DNA of 15,046 nucleotides from Aquificaceae bacterium. Lineage in GTDB: Bacteria > Aquificota > Aquificia > Aquificales > Aquificaceae. Positions 14,801 to 15,046 of this stretch are shown here, piece after piece (positions within the stretch are counted from its first letter, which is position 1; every line of letters starts with the position of its first letter). Below the pieces are notes generated by a model that saw only the letters and a program-made list of their open reading frames with translations, ran no database searches and was not told the DNA's origin. The position numbers and the translations under genes are program-made. The stretch lies in the NCBI GenBank assembly GCA_037924335.1, contig JAXSMZ010000023.1:8499-23544 (forward strand), given 5' to 3'.

Positions 14801-15046
14801 CCCACAAAGCCTCCCCTGTAGGTGTGCCCCAGTAAGGTTGTTCATTGTTTATAGTACTAATCAGGCTTGCAAGGGTAGTATTTTTACCAGCTTTTATCTC
14901 TCCATATCTTCCATCACTTGCAAAAACCATAAACTCCATAATGAGCTGGCACTTCTCATTGACCTGACCGTTCAAGTCAGAGGTATCACAAAAAGAATGG
15001 ATGATTCCTCTTATGGAGTTTGGGTCAGAGGGTCTTATCTTAATCT
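11862..15046 (-). CDS. pilY1: PilY1/PilC-type type IV pilus tip adhesin (5' end outside the window)
   Basis: Frame stays open from 14975 to the window edge (IKIRPSDPNSIRGIIHSFCD...). vWA-like elements (GTPTGEALWEA, CRKGFVLLLSDG, VYTYAV) precede a PilC-type beta-propeller (WKLGDIINSSP, SANDGMLHIF, EEFAFIP, WRTLLVGAMGFGG, WVFAGTGKYL, GWYIRL). Ca-loop-like DVNNDYSDD. Directly upstream of four minor pilins. Confidence 0.92.
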   Translation of the reverse strand, partial: IKIRPSDPNSIRGIIHSFCDTSDLNGQVNEKCQLIMEFMVFASDGRYGEIKAGKNTTLASLISTINNEQPYWGTPTGEALWEAYDFYKQSNDHAYEANSAYINRGNGNVDPYYDGSGGNSYPVPCRKGFVLLLSDGAWNGSVDPVVPARIMATQDLRSDLSGKQNVYTYAVYAFGDLDPSTKLQGRQAMITTAIFGGFEDRDNNTWPFPFTGIQYPDGSGTCSSLEYTVRTNIQTTSTTYCNSRGVTYPLPQCNPPNNWDQKCAEWDTAFQSPKDGLPYNFYEADDAESLKNALLSAFADILKRASSGSTVATLSGRSQASQVVIQPYFRPTYPTLNVELRWLGFLRSFWIDTKQNLREDTVDSKVLNIAGSVIDRIFQLFFDSNQNQTMASLIDNVETCTSSVTERLDEVRPVFDSGCKLAEIDPSQRKIYYNKDGTLTSFTTGEASNFTNIWKVCSNNPSILCTNNGDCGGNTCIPADASCIIRYIRGEDNPSGCTSYAYVQRPRTLDASEFCQAVGLSGNKVWKLGDIINSSPAVAGPDPLNNYHLKYGDATYLGYISGNAYKNRPTIVAVSANDGMLHIFRVGYLQDTGDPDKPVKLVNSKSDPGSDFVGVEEFAFIPKYALPYLLWYGNPQYCHVPTVDYRVMIFDAKIGSNWRTLLVGAMGFGGKAITTSSSEPFSSSVFVLDLTDWLNGNLSGTPQLLWEKPLPDTTLTLSFPAIAKVGDNWYVLVGTGPQSIDSAIGETFANSAKIYVFKLNDGSNGATPVNVPNIPGCNKIAVGDIMPVDVNNDYSDDVAYFGVYGSNCGSLMKLNFSNWSVSQALNLTSAPFFGAPAYTLDENNNFWVFAGTGKYLSLADKSIGYQNYLIGFKHDWQSGNTVNFASLTDVTGQTTSVTVTQTKQMCICDSNGCSNRDVVTEASGPLPTEPSVGWYIRLTNEAIYSQPLVFGGTVNTLSAVLPQDICSMEGSSKLYSLYFKTGTPFPRPTILAPEAVISGQVKQSVNIGTGVPPLGMPFQVVAGSSKEYETFLQVSTGAILRLRMQQATQYEGRFLIWIEK

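Noticed and set aside
1..15046. CRISPR array, rRNA, integrase or long tandem repeats
   Set aside because: No regularly spaced repeats or corresponding signatures were seen, and the window is almost fully accounted for by the listed features.

Overview
Bacterial chromosomal window, probably from a thermophilic Aquificaceae member such as Hydrogenobacter or Thermocrinis. This is inferred from Lys/Glu-rich proteins, AGA/AGG/ATA-rich codons, a DUF29 paralog, a tRNA gene lacking CCA and tightly overlapping genes. From left to right it contains: (1) a probable IS200/IS605-family element end with a perfect sigma70 promoter, abutting a decayed DUF2207 membrane-protein gene; (2) lon protease; (3) a broken DUF29 gene; (4) a promoter followed by about 240 nt of highly pairable non-coding sequence, then rpsU and a TPR lipoprotein; (5) a minus-strand glnE - GT2 glycosyltransferase - mtnA operon; (6) tRNA-Val(CAC); (7) a minus-strand type IV pilus adhesin/minor pilin cluster (pilY1, 5' end outside the window, then fimT/U-, pilV-, pilW- and pilX-like genes) ending 1 bp from the tRNA 3' end. 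The best candidate for an undescribed element is the structured RNA upstream of rpsU, which has mutually exclusive and pseudoknot-capable helices. No CRISPR array or rRNA was seen.
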